Assembly: GCF_036321535.1 (NCBI RefSeq)
Contig: NC_087436.1
Coordinates: forward strand, 8,928,001 to 8,992,000
DNA from: Camelus dromedarius
Taxonomy: Eukaryota
Length of the DNA: 64,000 nucleotides
Direction of reading: 5' to 3'
The position numbers and the translations under genes are program-made. Numbering within the stretch: the first letter of the stretch is position 1; the number at the start of each line of letters is the position of its first letter. The notes beneath the pieces are model-generated. The model saw only the letters and a program-made list of their open reading frames with translations. It searched no databases and was not told where the DNA came from. Shown piece by piece: positions 14,829 to 28,329 of this stretch.

Positions 14829-15306
14829 TATCTATCTATTTAGCTGTCATCTAACTCTCTGATCTATACTATTGCATCTCTTTACTTTCCCAATTGTAAA
14901 TGCTTCTCAGATTTTTTCATCTTTTGATATATCCCTAGTGATAAATTTAGCATCTTTTAAAAGTTTTTTAGATTCATCTCTTAATATTTTCTAGGATTGA
15001 GTCCAGTATTTTTTCCACTTTAATACATACATGAGTAAAATTGATGAGCAGGGCCATTTATTGATCAAATATTCACTCATATGTAACTATTAGTCTTCCA
15101 ATTTAAGTCACTTTCTCCTTAAGACTAGTCTTCGTGAGATATTACCTACAGATAATCTTGCACATGTAAATGTTCGACAGGGACATACTTCATATAATTT
15201 ATTCATTTTACAGGTGAGGACACCTAAGTCCAGCAAGAATAGACCTCATAAAGATATTGATTCATGTAGCCCCTGCACACCAATAGCCACTCAAGTTCAT
15301 GCTTTC

Positions 15307-15464
15307 TTTTCCCCCCCAGTTAACCCATTGACTTCATCAAAGTCCAACTGGAAGCATGAATGGGTTTGATGAATATTGGTTAAGACCTTACCCATTTTAC
15401 TGCAGTAGTGTTGGGACAATTTTCAGACGAACTTTGATGAGGTCAATGGGTTAATGGGGGAAAA
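15307..15464. repeat. Short inverted repeat / candidate piggyBac-type MITE (core 15324-15450)
   Basis: ttaacccattgacttcatcaaagt (15320-15343) pairs with actttgatgaggtcaatgggttaa (15431-15454) with one mismatch. The IR is directly visible; transposon identity is uncertain. Confidence 0.6.
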
Positions 15465-15494
15465 ACAAGAGACAAGAAAGTATACACTTCTTTT

Positions 15495-15882
15495 TCTCCT
15501 GCTCATCCAACCACACTACTTTTCCCAGCCTCCCTTAAGTGAGGCACAGCCAAGTGACTGAGTTCTGGTCAATGCCACGTGGTAGGGCAAGGTGTTTCCC
15601 TTGTAGCCTGGCCCATTAAAGTCCCCCAGGGGGGATCCTCATCCTTTCTGCACTCCCTGGATGACTAAGAGAACCTACAGACCTGCCACAGAGCAGAGCC
15701 CTACGGTGGAAGAAGCAGCCCAGGTCTCTGATTATAGCATGGAGTAGAGCCCGCCAACCCCCAAACCCCCAAACAACCCCTACTGGACGAGAGCAGGTGG
15801 AAGCAGTCATGGTGCATCCTGTTACGTCGCAGCAGACCTGGGAATTGCTTGTGACAGGAAGTAGCACCCTGGACTAATAAAC
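15495..15882 (+). mobile_element. MaLR LTR (MLT1J/K-like)
   Basis: cagccaagtgactgagttctggtcaatg, ggaagaagcagcccaggtctctga and terminal gactaataaa are MLT1-like motifs. Confidence 0.7.
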
Positions 15883-18800
15883 CTGCACTGATGGTGCCCG
15901 TGGGTTACTTTGCATTTTGTTCAGAAGAGGGTTTTGTCAGAGATTCCACTGAGGTGTGCAATCAAGCAAATGCTTTCTGAGTTCAAACATAATGACTATT
16001 TCTAATGGATGATGGGTGACAGAAACGTGAAATTGTATTTAATATATACTCGGATTTTAGTAATCAATTGTTGTGCATTTGGCAGATAAATTAAGAACTA
16101 GTCACACTCTGATTCTGTCTCTGCCTCATTTTATGACTCCAGCCAGACAACAATACACCAAACATCAACAGTGCTACTAAATGCTTCTGACTTGATGTGT
16201 TCAGTCATTTTACTCTGTTTTGTCTATGCTGACTTAAAGAGTACTAAACATACCATGTATTTCTCTATAGATGTTTAGTTTCCTATATATTTCAACTGTT
16301 GTATCCTTTATTGAAGGAACACAATAAGGCAGGAGGTTTGTAAGTCATACATACGAGGAAATAATTATTAATTTTACCATATTAAATTAATTCATTGATG
16401 ATTCGTATTTTCTTCATAAAATAATTAACTCAAGATTTCTTTAAAACCCTTCTATGTATACAGCGCATTATCTTATTTTTACCTCTTTTAACAAAGCATT
16501 TCATGTAGAGACGAACAGTGTTCTTACATTACAATTGATATTTTTATTTGGATTTCTGATATTAGTTGTACAGGTAATTAGGAATTTATTTATGGATGTG
16601 CATGCAAAATGTGTGACTATGTTTATAACTGAAAAGAATAAAAAGTATTTAAATTTGTTTAATCTACAATTAGATACCAGTCTAAGTATCTTAGATTTAG
16701 CAAAACTTTAAATAGCGTTTAATGATTATTCATCATAGAGGTGTCTGAATGCTTTTTCTTTAAACAGTATTTAGTTTCATTGAAAGACAGTGATTCTATC
16801 TTATAATACAATGGATTCATTTGGATGTTATTCGGCTGGAGAAATCCAGGACAATGATAATTCATGGTTATCCTTGAACATCCCAGGGAAGTAAATACGT
16901 TATCTTCCCCAGGAAGTTCATGAAATAAACATGTTATCTAGGAGGATTACAATAACCTTATTGGAGATATAAATACATTTTCTGACTCCTGTTTCTGATG
17001 TGAATGGTTGTAATCCAGCCATTTGAAAAATATGATTTTCCACGCTTCTTACTGCTTTCTCTAATCGACTTTCCATGCTTAATACTACCTCTCTCCAATA
17101 ACCATAAGATTTTCTTGATAAAAGGAAATTAAAAACTTAGTTGGTTATTTTCATTATAATGAAGATTCATGTTTTATAATCTGATCTCATAATTTTGGAA
17201 AGCATTAGCAGATCAGAAAGTCAGTGCCAATAGCACAGATATGAAAGGAGAGATCCCAGTCGTCTAATATGGCTCTGAAGCACGTAAGAGTTACAAAATT
17301 AAGACACCTCCATGTTTATTCCTCTTGCTCTCTGTGTTCGTAAATGGAAATAAATTCATCTATATGACATGTTTAAAACAAGTTTTGATGAAACCCATTA
17401 AGGTGAAAGCTAAAGCCATTCACGTGCCACAACTTACCTGACTGGCACCTACGAGATGTACTTTATTAAGCTATAGGTTGACAGCAGATTGACCTTCAGA
17501 TGTAAAATGATGTCAAATATTACAAATTCAAGTTTGAATGGATTGTAGTGTAATCATTATGTAAGTCCTATTTCTCTATTAACTATTAATGTGAAACAAT
17601 CTTTTAAGACTAGTGTTATCTGTTTTCTTATTTCCAATGTTACTTTGAGTAAAATGAGAAAAAAATACAGAAATACTTTGGAACCAGCAAAATTGTCTAT
17701 AAAATTTAGTTATTAGTAGTCATGGAGATACTCATGTTAGAGAAAATATTAATATTCATCCTCTGTGTCCCTCTGTCCTTCTCTGTCTGTCTCTCTCCTT
17801 TGGTTATACAATGAAGCTATATGCTGTGTTTTTAACTGCAAAGCAGCTGGTATCAACAGGGCCCCTAATGATTCTGACTTAATAGATAAATTAGACGCTG
17901 CTCCCCTAGACCCTGATGTCTGCTTCAGTCTAAAAATACCATCATTTCCTACTGACCTTGCTCACTCTGATTTTTCATCTTCATAACTATGAATTCCTCA
18001 GTCTTTGTATTTTCCGTTGTCAATTCTGTTCCTTGCTGCTTCTGAAGTATTAACTATTCACTTTTTACTTACACTATTTTGATCTTCATTTGTTTTATGT
18101 GGTCAAAAATCTCCCTTTTCAACTCACTCATTGTTTCTTCATGTCATCCCTGAAAAATTTACTCCTTTTTTAAGAATTGTATTCCCTTAGTTTTGTTGTT
18201 GTCTTTTACACACCCAGAATAGAATTCAGAAAACTTTGTTCTCTTCTTTAAAGACAAAGTGGTATTCTGTTTGCCAGGATATCAGGGCAAGGTCAGAAAA
18301 GACAATTTAGTTGCTAAGATAAATGATCTGGTATAGCAATGATAAGAAGGAAAAAAAAAGATGATTTACATATTTGATTTCAAGTCTCCATTCCTCTATT
18401 TACTCTAGTTACTAGCTGGTGATCTTGTCTAAGTCATTATCTCGTATAAATAAAATGACCTTTCATAAGTAAAATGTGGATAATATCCCCTTGCTCATGA
18501 TGATGCTTTGAATTTTTGACAAAAATCACATTTGATGGCATATAGTTAGAAATCAATAAATTATAGATGTCTTATCGAGCTAGTTTGGGGAAAATTTTGA
18601 AAAAGAATTCCTTGTACTCCTCACACATATCATGATTGAATTAGCAGCGTACAAACATTGCATAACTTACCCGGTTAGGTAATTTAACACACAGAAATCT
18701 GAATATGTCAATGACTACAGAACGTTTTAAGCCCAGCAAGGAGAAAAGAGGGACTTCGTTGACCTCCTACTTACTTTCTGACCTAATCACTTCCTTGACA

Positions 18801-19294
18801 CGCCTTGAGGTTAATGGTATTAATCTTTCTCTCCAACACAGATGTCTACCGTCAAAGAAACCTATTTGAATGACCGACCGTAACTGACAGGGTAGCTTTG
18901 ACCGTCCCCTGTCCGGGAAGCTTTCCTTCCAGTCCACACCGGCTATCCGTGCTCACGGGTGCATCTAGGTTTGTGTTGTTCCTCGTGTGTGCTTGTTCTC
19001 AAACACTTCGCACTCCAGGATCCCACAATTGTAAATTGCTGTTCTTTCGCTTCAATCACGTCATTGTTTGAACAACTACCAGCTTAGACCTTAATGCAAC
19101 CGATAACTTTCTCATTTTCTACTAACCTTTCAACTTAAATCTGTTTTCATGTGCTTCCCTGTTTTAGTGACAGTCCTGTATAAGCTGAATGTTCATTTTG
19201 TTATGCAGGGATAAAAATCACTGATCACATTATTTTAGTTACTAGAATAATTCAGAATTCATACAATTTTGCCATTACTCTAAACATTTTTTCC

Positions 19295-19490
19295 TTTTTT
19301 TTTAAATTGAAATGCAATCAGTAACAATTTGTCAATTTCCACTCTACAGCCCAGCATCCCAGTCATGCATATGCATACATATATTCATTTTCACTAAAGG
19401 TATTACAAGATATTGAATATAGTTCCCCTTGCTATACAGAAGAAATTTGTTTCTGTTTTTTAATCTATTTTTATATATAGTGGCTAATAA
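19295..19490 (-). mobile_element. L1 3' tail fragment
   Basis: Matches the L1 terminus at 13860-14060 (aagatattgaatatagttccc..gctatac). Confidence 0.85.
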
Positions 19491-19765
19491 TTGCCTGGTT
19501 TCAAAAAAAGAGACAAAATCTATGTTTGTTCAATATTTTATAACTCTTCTCAGTTTATACTCATTACCCTAGGACACCACCAAAGTGGTTTTATTTGCCA
19601 CAGAAATTTAAATCCTAGCTGTCTTTGGATACATAAACCTTTAGAAGTGTGTAGGTTCAAAATATACTAAATATATCTATGCATATATTTTCACAGCTCT
19701 TCAAATTTCAAAAATTAACCCCAAGTTAGCTCAAATTATTTCAGATAAAACTTTTACTAAATCTT

Positions 19766-19900
19766 GGGGGAAATGAGAATGTAGTATGCATGGTACAATG
19801 ATAGAGCATGCATGAGGTCCTGGGTTCAATCCCCAGTACTGCCATTAAATAAACAAGCAAACAAACAAACAAACTTAATTACTTCCCCTCAAAATAAAAA
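19766..19900 (+). mobile_element. tRNA-derived SINE (Vic-1-like), degraded 5' end
   Basis: gcatgcatgaggtcctgggttcaatccccagtact followed by the family tail aaacttaattacttcccc. Confidence 0.85.
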
Positions 19901-20101
19901 TAGTTTTTCAAAAATGTGCAAAATCAGTAAGACAGCTCAAAAAAAAATTTAAACCCTTAATAAATCTCATACCACACCATAAGTTTTGTTACTAATTTTT
20001 ACAGATGCGAAACATTGTTAATGATATACAGTAAATTAGAATACTTCTGAATATCATGATTTCTGGAGCCATCTTTCTAACAATTTAAATTAATAGTTAA
20101 T

Positions 20102-20214
20102 AGGGGGTTTGTGGGTGTAGCTTAGTGGTAGAGCACATGCTTGATGTGTACAAGGTCCTGGGTTCAATCCCCAGTGCTCCTGTTACAGGGGAGAAAAACA
20201 AATGAAAAAACACA
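20102..20214 (+). mobile_element. tRNA-derived SINE (Vic-1-like)
   Basis: tagcttagtggtagag...ggttcaatcc; 14-bp TSD taaattaatagtta at 20086-20099 and 20215-20228. Confidence 0.9.
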
Positions 20215-21759
20215 TAAATTAATAGTTACAGGAGAATATAGCAAGTAGAAATTCTTCAGATTTTCTTCTGGAAAATAGGTCAGGAATTACATAGCATTTT
20301 ATAGCAATATTTCCTGCTTTACTAAACTTTTAATTAGAAGTATGATTCAAATATTTAAGTACCTCCTAGAAAAATGTTTGTCCTAATGTTGCATCCTCAT
20401 GCTGCAAATATCCATACCTGCTTCTTGCAAAAAACAAAGAGAAACAATTTTTACATTGATCCAAGTCTGTGTTTTCCCACCATAGCTAACATTGCTGTTT
20501 TAACTCTCAGTCACACAGTAACGAAGACGGATGTAAATCCCTGTACAACCATTTACCATCTGGTTAAGCAAATACACTTAAAGATACTTCTGCAGTTGTG
20601 ATCAAGCGACAGCAGATCTAAGAGCAGAGAGAGCCTGGACTCTAAAGGGAAGATTGTACAGCCGTAGCTGGCATCATTAGAGACCAATAAAATCTTTATG
20701 TTCCGTTTGGATGGCGAGGACCTTGATCAAAGAGAAACTCAAATTGCTAAACAACAAAGAAATGATCCATTTAGCAGTTGCCTTAAAGTTAAGACAGATA
20801 ATGGAACTTCTAAGTCATAATTAGTTTTTAACACTGGAAAGATGGTTTTCAAGTTCTATATTCTATTCTGATACTTTAAACTCCTCATCTTACAATAATT
20901 CTTTGATTATGGTTTTGCTTCATTTTTCTAATGTTGCCATCAATGTCAGCTAAAGGTATTGCATAATCCTTCGCAGCTAAACCACCAGATTGTATTTCAT
21001 AGCCTTTCCAATTAAATGGCACGATAAGGGAAAAAAATCACTAAATGTCTTTTGCCTAGGAAAAAAATAAGCATATATGCACTTTTGTTTTCTTATCAGG
21101 GAATTTGAAACTGTTTCTGAACATCGGCTATTTGTCATGCATTCTGTTAACAGTGAACTCTTACGTAGCTGCATAACGTCTATTAAAATAGAACACAGGA
21201 GCACAGTGCACTGCTGACTGATTTGCAGCAAAAACAGTAATCCCTTAGAAATCACCCTTAAGAATTTTCAGTTTCCTAGATTGACATCAATGCTTTTTAA
21301 ATAAATTAATAATGGTATTTTTTTTTCTTTCTTCTAAAAATGCAATAATCCCAGTGCCTTAATATTTTAATTATATTCCAGACTGGAGAAGAATACCAAC
21401 TTTTTAAATTCTGCAAACTTAATATTACTGAGACTTTCCTAGGGAGATGCCTCTAGAGCTTAAATTCTATCCTTTGTGAAAAATATAGGTATGTTTTTAA
21501 TCCTATTTCTATAGGCTATGTTACAGAATTATCAAAGTCAGGAACTGGTATAGAGTTCTCAGTTTCAGAATTTTATATGGAGAGGGCATTACCATTCACC
21601 TAGCTCAGCATTATGGTCAGGGATGAGGGTATTTTTAAGTCTGAGATGAGAGGCTGGATAAAGTCACAGAGTTAGAGGTGGAGTTTAGGGTAATGACAGG
21701 CTTCCCTGACTCCAGCGTTCCTCCTTCTCTCCATGATACTATAAAACTACTAGTTCTAA

Positions 21760-22265
21760 TGTATTAGGAAAGAACAAATCTGACTCCCTATTAGATCTGT
21801 TCCTTTGGCTTTAACTCTGTTCTGTTTCCTAGGCTCGTTCTGCACCTTTTGTAAAAGAATGTTGCCTGGAGCCTGAAATAGACAGGAGAGCCTGTCCTCA
21901 AGGCTCTGACCTTAAGGGTGTAACACTTTCCCATTCACATAAAGATTAAAAGTTGCAGAATAGAAAATAACATTTGTCCTGTTAGAGGTTTACAGGGACA
22001 CCATGACCTGACCTACGTGGACAGCTGCAAGAACAAAGGATTCCAACACCAAGAAGTCTGCAACAACCAACCACACCCACTTCCCTTTTTAATATAAAAG
22101 AGGCCTGTATTCTGACTCGGGGAAGATGATTTTCCAAGACATTAGTCCCCCACTTCTTGATCTGCTGGCTTTTCAAATAAAGTCATTAGTCCTTGCCCCA
22201 GTATCTCGTCTCCCAATTTATTGGCCTGTCGTGATGTGAGCAGAGTGAGTTTGGACTTGGTAACA
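21760..22265 (+). mobile_element. ERV1-class solo LTR, copy 1 (possibly MER41-like)
   Basis: TG...CA termini, perfect 4-bp TSD ctaa, TATA (aatataaaag) and aataaa; homologous along its length to 32749-33246 and 42234-42770. Confidence 0.92.
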
Positions 22266-22629
22266 CTAACTTTAGAAAAATCAGATCTCTTCTTATATGC
22301 TCACGTAACTACAGGACCACCACTGATGTCCAAGTCACTGCAGTGTTTGAACAATTCCAACGAACGACTATTTTGGTCATTTCAGTGTGTCTGCCTGTGA
22401 ACAAAGAAACATGTGTTTCTTCCAAATGTGTTTCTGCAGACGCACATGCACACGCACTTGTTTGTGTGGTGCATATTTATACCACGTCTCATGTTGGGCA
22501 TGAAGTTCCTATGCGGCAGAAAATTATTTTCAAGAATGTGTTCATTGTTTAGTAATGCTCTCTTGGCCATATTAGTGATTGTCAAAAGTAAATCAAAGCC
22601 CAGGGAAATCAATCAGAATAGCATCTTAT

Positions 22630-22870
22630 ATGTACAGGGCACTTACGTTGTGACCAGGACTGTGCTTTGAGAGTTTCGGTTTTTAGAGTGTTCATTCAGC
22701 GCAACCCTGCAGGGTAGGTACTGTTCTTAGCTCCATTTTGCAGATAGGAAAATGGAGGCTCATATATCTGGCTAACTTGCCCAAGGTCTCAGAGCTAATA
22801 ATTAGCAGAAGCACAACCAGCAGACATAATCTGACCCCAATGCCTGTTCTCTTAATCACTAGGCCACACT
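22630..22870 (-). mobile_element. MIR SINE
   Basis: Core ccattttgcagataggaaaatggaggctca...taacttgcccaaggtc. Confidence 0.85.
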
Positions 22871-25004
22871 GCATTTCATGAGTATATTTCAAAAGTATAT
22901 TAGAAATGCCCTTACTTCTGCATGAATAAGAAAAAGATCAGTTGGTATAGTTCTTTCTTTCAAATAAGCATTAATCAAAAAAAAAATACGATTATACATC
23001 ACGTCCTTTTTTTAGTAACCAGGTTTTAAGTGAGATTTATGATTCACACTTAACTGAGGAGCTCAATTAAGTTACAAGACTTACCACACAGTGAGTATGT
23101 AGCAAAGACCAAAATTGAGACCAATCGTTTGATTTTAAGTGCGGAGCTAGTTCAAGAAGAGAAATATGAAACTGAATTTATACAGATGTTTTGCAGTTGC
23201 CTGAGCAACTATCCACTGCAGGTGTAACTAGGACACTATATATGATACATCAGAGCAGAAATACAGCAAGCAGCAGAAAATAATAAATTTAATGATTTTA
23301 ATTCACTTTTAGGGTATACGTAACTCTGTGCCTGCCACTGTGATAAAGGTGTTTACACATCATCCTCTTCAAGCCTCACTAAAGACCATTAGGATTGTTT
23401 TTCACATGTCACAATATTTATTGCATGTCCTAGTCATTGACCGGAGAAGGACCTAGCTCCTAGGTGGCAGGTGTGGGCTTGGGAACAAGTATTCTTGACC
23501 CCAGAAGTTAGACTTTCTAGTGCAGCACAAATAGGAATAATGAGCAGCATATCGCTGCTACCTTCCTATGATTTTTCCCACCAGATATCTGACAATATCA
23601 GGCTTTATCAGTGACACAGGACTGCCGCCCGGACCACAAGAGAATACTGGTTTCCTCCTCCTCCTATACAGTCATGGACATAGATAGTTGACACATAGGA
23701 TCAGTACTTGCCTAGATAATTAAACCATCAAGTGTTAGTTTAGCCTTATCTTTCTGATACATTGTCACGACCTCTGAATTCCATAATGATGCTAAACTCT
23801 TAAAAATACTGCCAATAGTTACATAGGTGGTTTTTTGTATCTTCCTTGTTTCGCTACCTGAACTGTTTCTTTCTTTAATTAATGGTAAAACTGATAGATT
23901 ACATATTTGCAATGATTGACTTACATATACATTTACTTTGACTTTCAATCATTGAAATACACAATATTATTTTGTAGGTGAAAATGGTTGAATATTAGCA
24001 ATTTCTTATGCTTCAACTGATAATACTATCTTATTTTCTAAAATGTTCATGCTAAACTTGGTTATCAGGTAATAGTTCCTTTAACTGATCTTCACCAGAG
24101 TATTAATGCCTTATGAAAATTTTAATTTAAATGCTGGAAAGATGTTTACCACCCCACCCCACCACATACGCCCACAAATTAGACAGTATTAAATCAGCTT
24201 AATGCAACTAGGAAAAGTTGATATCTTCCATTTTGTTTTATGTAATATTAGGAATTAGTTTTTATTCCTCAATAAATATAAGTGATTATAATATACCTAA
24301 TGGAGTTTGTATCTAATAATGCTGCAGGTGTAGAAAATGATGAAACATTAAAATTTTAATATCCTAAACCTGAAAAACTATTACATTTTTTCTAATTAAA
24401 TAACTAGGCATTTACATAATTTCAAAAGAATTTTTATAAAATATTAAAAATTATAATTTTTATTCCTGAAGGCCTTTTGAATTATAGAGCATTTTATTTT
24501 GTATATTCACATTCTACATTTTAATTTCAGAGTGGAAGCATAAATCAATCAACTGAGCAACCATGTACTCTGAAATGTATTGATTTTCTTCCTTAGGTGA
24601 TTAAGGATTCTAGTGGCATATAGACATATATACAAATATTTTAAAAATAGTATATATCATATTTTTAAAATAAGACATTAAACATTAGAATTCAACTGGA
24701 TCATACTGGTTATAATATAAAAATATTGAGAGAAAAATTATATATTTAATTCCATTTAATTTATTTGTAACAAGTAATTGGGAGAATACTAACTGTATTA
24801 ATAGTATTAATAAATATGAATATTAATACTAATACCAATTGAATATACTAATATTAATATTAATACAAATTGAATACTAATTGATATATTCTAATATGTA
24901 CATTTGAAAGTAATCATTTTTGTATCGAGCCACCAGGTAACTAAAATGTCTAAGCTTTTTGTGGCAAGATTGCTGTACTTATCATAGTGAAAAGCTTTTG
25001 TTTT

Positions 25005-25905
25005 TCAATAACAGTCTAATATTTAGAAAATGTATGTTCACAGAAAAAGTGAGCACATAGTGCAAAGATATTTATCTGCCCATCAATTCCCACCATTTCC
25101 CCTTATTTTTAACCCCTTGCCTTAGTTTGGTGCACTTGTTACATTAATGAACTGACAGTGACACATTATTATATACTGAGGTCTGTAGCTTACATTAAGG
25201 CTTACCGTGTGCTGGACAGTTTTATGGGTTTTGGTAAATGCATGATGTCACGTATTCACCATGAGAGTATCACACAGGATGAATAGTTTCAGAGCACTAA
25301 AGATCCCCTGTATTTCACCCATTCACCCCTCCTTTCATCTCTAAAACCTTGACAAACCTTAATCCTTTCACTCTTGCAACAGTTTTGACTTTTCCAGACT
25401 GGCTTTTTCATTTAACAGCATGCATTTAAGATTCCTTCATGTCTTTTTATGGCTTGATAGCTTATTCCTTTCCACTGTATTAATGTATATGAATGTATTG
25501 TATCATATATTTATTATATTATATCAAATTATTATATTAACATTATAAATATTAAAATATACTAATATATTATAGATATATTTACCTAGTACATATTAAA
25601 ACATAAAATAAATATAAGTATTATAAATAATTTTTAATTTAATTTATATTTACATTCATATTTACATACACTGATGCATTTATTTTATGGATGTGCCACT
25701 GTTTATGTATCTATTCACCTACTGAAGGACATCTTGGTTGCTTCCAGGTTTTGGTGATTATGAATAAAGTTGCTATAAACATTTGCGTGCAAATCTTTTT
25801 TGGTGTGGGCTTAAGTTTCAACTCAAATAGATGAAAAAGTAGGAACATGGTTAGCAGATCATAGGGTAAAACTGTTCAGCTCTGTAAGAAACTGCCAAAC
25901 TGTCA
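25005..25905 (-). mobile_element. L1MC-like fragment with AT-rich low-complexity interruption (about 25480-25680)
   Basis: Reverse homology to 9300-9600 (acattattat..ctgaggtctgtagcttacattaagg; gaaggacatcttggttgcttccagg). Confidence 0.8.
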
Positions 25906-27164
25906 GCTAATTGGGCTCAGAGAATTACTGAAATTTTGAAGCAGAGGAAATTATCACAGTAGGGGACACTTCTGACTGTTCTACAGTGATGTTTTTAAAA
26001 CCTGCATCTATGAACCCAAAGAATACACCTTCTTATCCTTTCCAAGATCAGGTATGAGTTCTCAGGAAGATTTCCAACAATTACTAGTATGCATTTTAAA
26101 TTTTAAAAATTTAGAGTGCTAATCTATGATTATCATTACTCGCAATAAATCAGATCTGTGGCATCTGCAACGGTTCACAAACCTCCTTTTACTCAGATTG
26201 CAGGGAAGGCTAATTCAGGCCTGAGAGCTCAATTACAACCAGCTCTCAAGTGTAAACTGTAATTCTTACATTATCAGACAACTGGAATGTAAAAGCCACT
26301 AAGAGGCAGTAATTAAAAGGGTTCAATTTTACGTCAAGGTCAAGTTTGTGTCAAGTCTTTTGGAAAAACGAAAGACAAAAAAAAAAAAAAAAAAGCAACA
26401 CCATTTGATATTGTCAATTTGGGGATTTCTTTTATTTATTTTAGTGGTTCTAATAGGTATGTGTTAGGGTCTAATTGTTGCTTCTGTTTCCAATTTCCAA
26501 ATGAAAAACATGATTTTGAGCCTCTTTCTATACATATTTGCATCTGTTTTCCTTCTTTAGTGAGGAGTCCATCACTGCTCAGCTCTATCCCCCTTTGCAA
26601 GTAACAATGCAACAGTTCTCTTTGAGGAAGACGCTCTCCCTGCAACCCGTCCCCTCTTGGAGGCGGTAACTCCATCCTCAGTATCTGAAGGAGGCCCGGT
26701 GTAAGCAGCGAGGTGGTGGGCAGGGGTTTGAGACGGGCGCCGGACGCAGCTGTCAGACATGGGGTGCTAATGGGACGCTGTGTGAGAGAGGCCGTCTCCC
26801 CTTGGACAGGATCCTGGGGACAGTAAGTCCCAGGTGCTGCAGACTCTGAGAAGTCCACTTCCCGGCGCTCAGGTCCGCAGAGCTGATGCGGAGGAAAACT
26901 GAGGCAGGGCATGGGCAGAGGACACATCCGTGGGAAACCATTTGAGCCCCTCTACCCAGCTTGACTCTACTCTTGCGATTTTAACTTTACCGACCACGGA
27001 ATGTCCTACTTTCCGCTTAATCCAATTCTTCAGATTTGTTGTCACTTACAAAGTGGCAAACAAATACAGTTACACATAAGGTGTCCCTGAAAGGCCTCAA
27101 ATTCTTCTGCCGGTCGTAGCAGAACTTCCAGAGAAGCATCTGTCTTCCTATTAATTCAGTATTT

Positions 27165-27400
27165 TAAGCTATTTCTTATTTACTGAACGTCTACTAAATG
27201 TCAGATGATGTTCTGGGGTGTGAAGATACAGGGATGAATTATCAATGCCCCTGACTTCACGGACTGTCATTCCAGTGGGGAGGAGACAGAGATAACCAGA
27301 CAGCATGGGCCGGCAGGTAAGGAAACCAAGGACAAGTGCAGCCAGGCGTCCTGGAGGGAGCACCAAGGAACCTGCATGGAAGAGGCTGTGTATTTAGAGA
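27165..27400 (-). mobile_element. LINE-2 3' end fragment
   Basis: tttactgaacgtctactaaatgtcag..gttctgggg..gaagatacaggg..cccctgacttcacgg..ttccagtggggaggagacaga. Confidence 0.65.
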
Positions 27401-27614
27401 ACGTGTCACCAGTGGTACCCCTGACATTGAACCGGGGACAGCAAAGCAAGGATGCAGAGGATACTGGGGACCACAGCTTTAAACAGAGGCTGAACAGGTG
27501 CATCCCGTGGATCACAGAAGGCACGTTTGGGGAAAACCCCATCATACACGAAACACAGAGCCAGAGGAACAACACAAGGAGTGAACAGGAAGTGAAAGAC
27601 CAGAAATCCCTTGT

Positions 27615-27745
27615 GGGGGAGGGTATAGTTCAGTGTTAGCGTGCTTACCATGCATGAGGCCCTGGGTTCAGTCCCCAGTACCTCCATTAAATAAATAAAT
27701 AAACCTAGTTACCTTCCCCCACACCTACCCACCCCGCCCCCCAAA
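27615..27745 (+). mobile_element. tRNA-derived SINE (Vic-1-like)
   Basis: ggggagggtatagttcagtg...gggttcagtccccagtacctcca; 13-bp TSD aaagaccagaaat at 27595-27607 and 27746-27758. Confidence 0.92.
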
Positions 27746-27924
27746 AAAGACCAGAAATAAGGAGAGAAATGTGTGCACACTAAGCCATTTCCTGCAGTGT
27801 CTGTGTGCACCTTGAACCCTGAGAAGATGCAGAAGCATCCCAACAGTGGAGCCCTGGCCCTGATCAAGTCCTGCTGGGTTAGTAGTCACTCATCGGTTCT
27901 CCTTTGCAAAGAGGTTCTTATGGT

Positions 27925-28170
27925 TATGCGGTGGCATAAATTGGGAGCTCGAGATTTGCAGATACAAATATATACATAAAATAAACAACAAGTTTATACT
28001 GTGTAGCACAGGGAATCCTATTCAATACCTCATAGTAACATGGTGAGAAAGAATATGAAGACAAATGTATGTATGTATATGTATGACTGAAACACGATGC
28101 CATACACCTGACATTGACACATTGTAACTGACTATACTTCAATAAAATACATCTATATACAAATAAAAAA
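27925..28170 (+). mobile_element. L1 3' tail fragment
   Basis: actgtgtagcacagggaa...acattgtaactgactatacttcaataaaa plus A-rich tail. Confidence 0.88.
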
Positions 28171-28329
28171 GATTCTAGCAATAGTTAAACATGTATGAGA
28201 GTTTCTGTGCTGTTTAACTCTTTAGAAACCAGTTAGTCATTTATTTATAACCTGAAAATGTTTTTCTAAACTGCTCTTACTGTCATCTTTCAAGACTTCT
28301 GAAGGGATATTCTTGAATATTTATTCTTT

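Noticed and set aside
23775..24025. Possible old DNA-transposon fragment
   Set aside because: The end resembles a MITE terminus, but I cannot find the partner TIR or name the family with confidence.
26436..26927. 163-aa minus-strand ORF as a novel gene
   Set aside because: Non-ATG start, no recognisable domain; open because of local GC richness.
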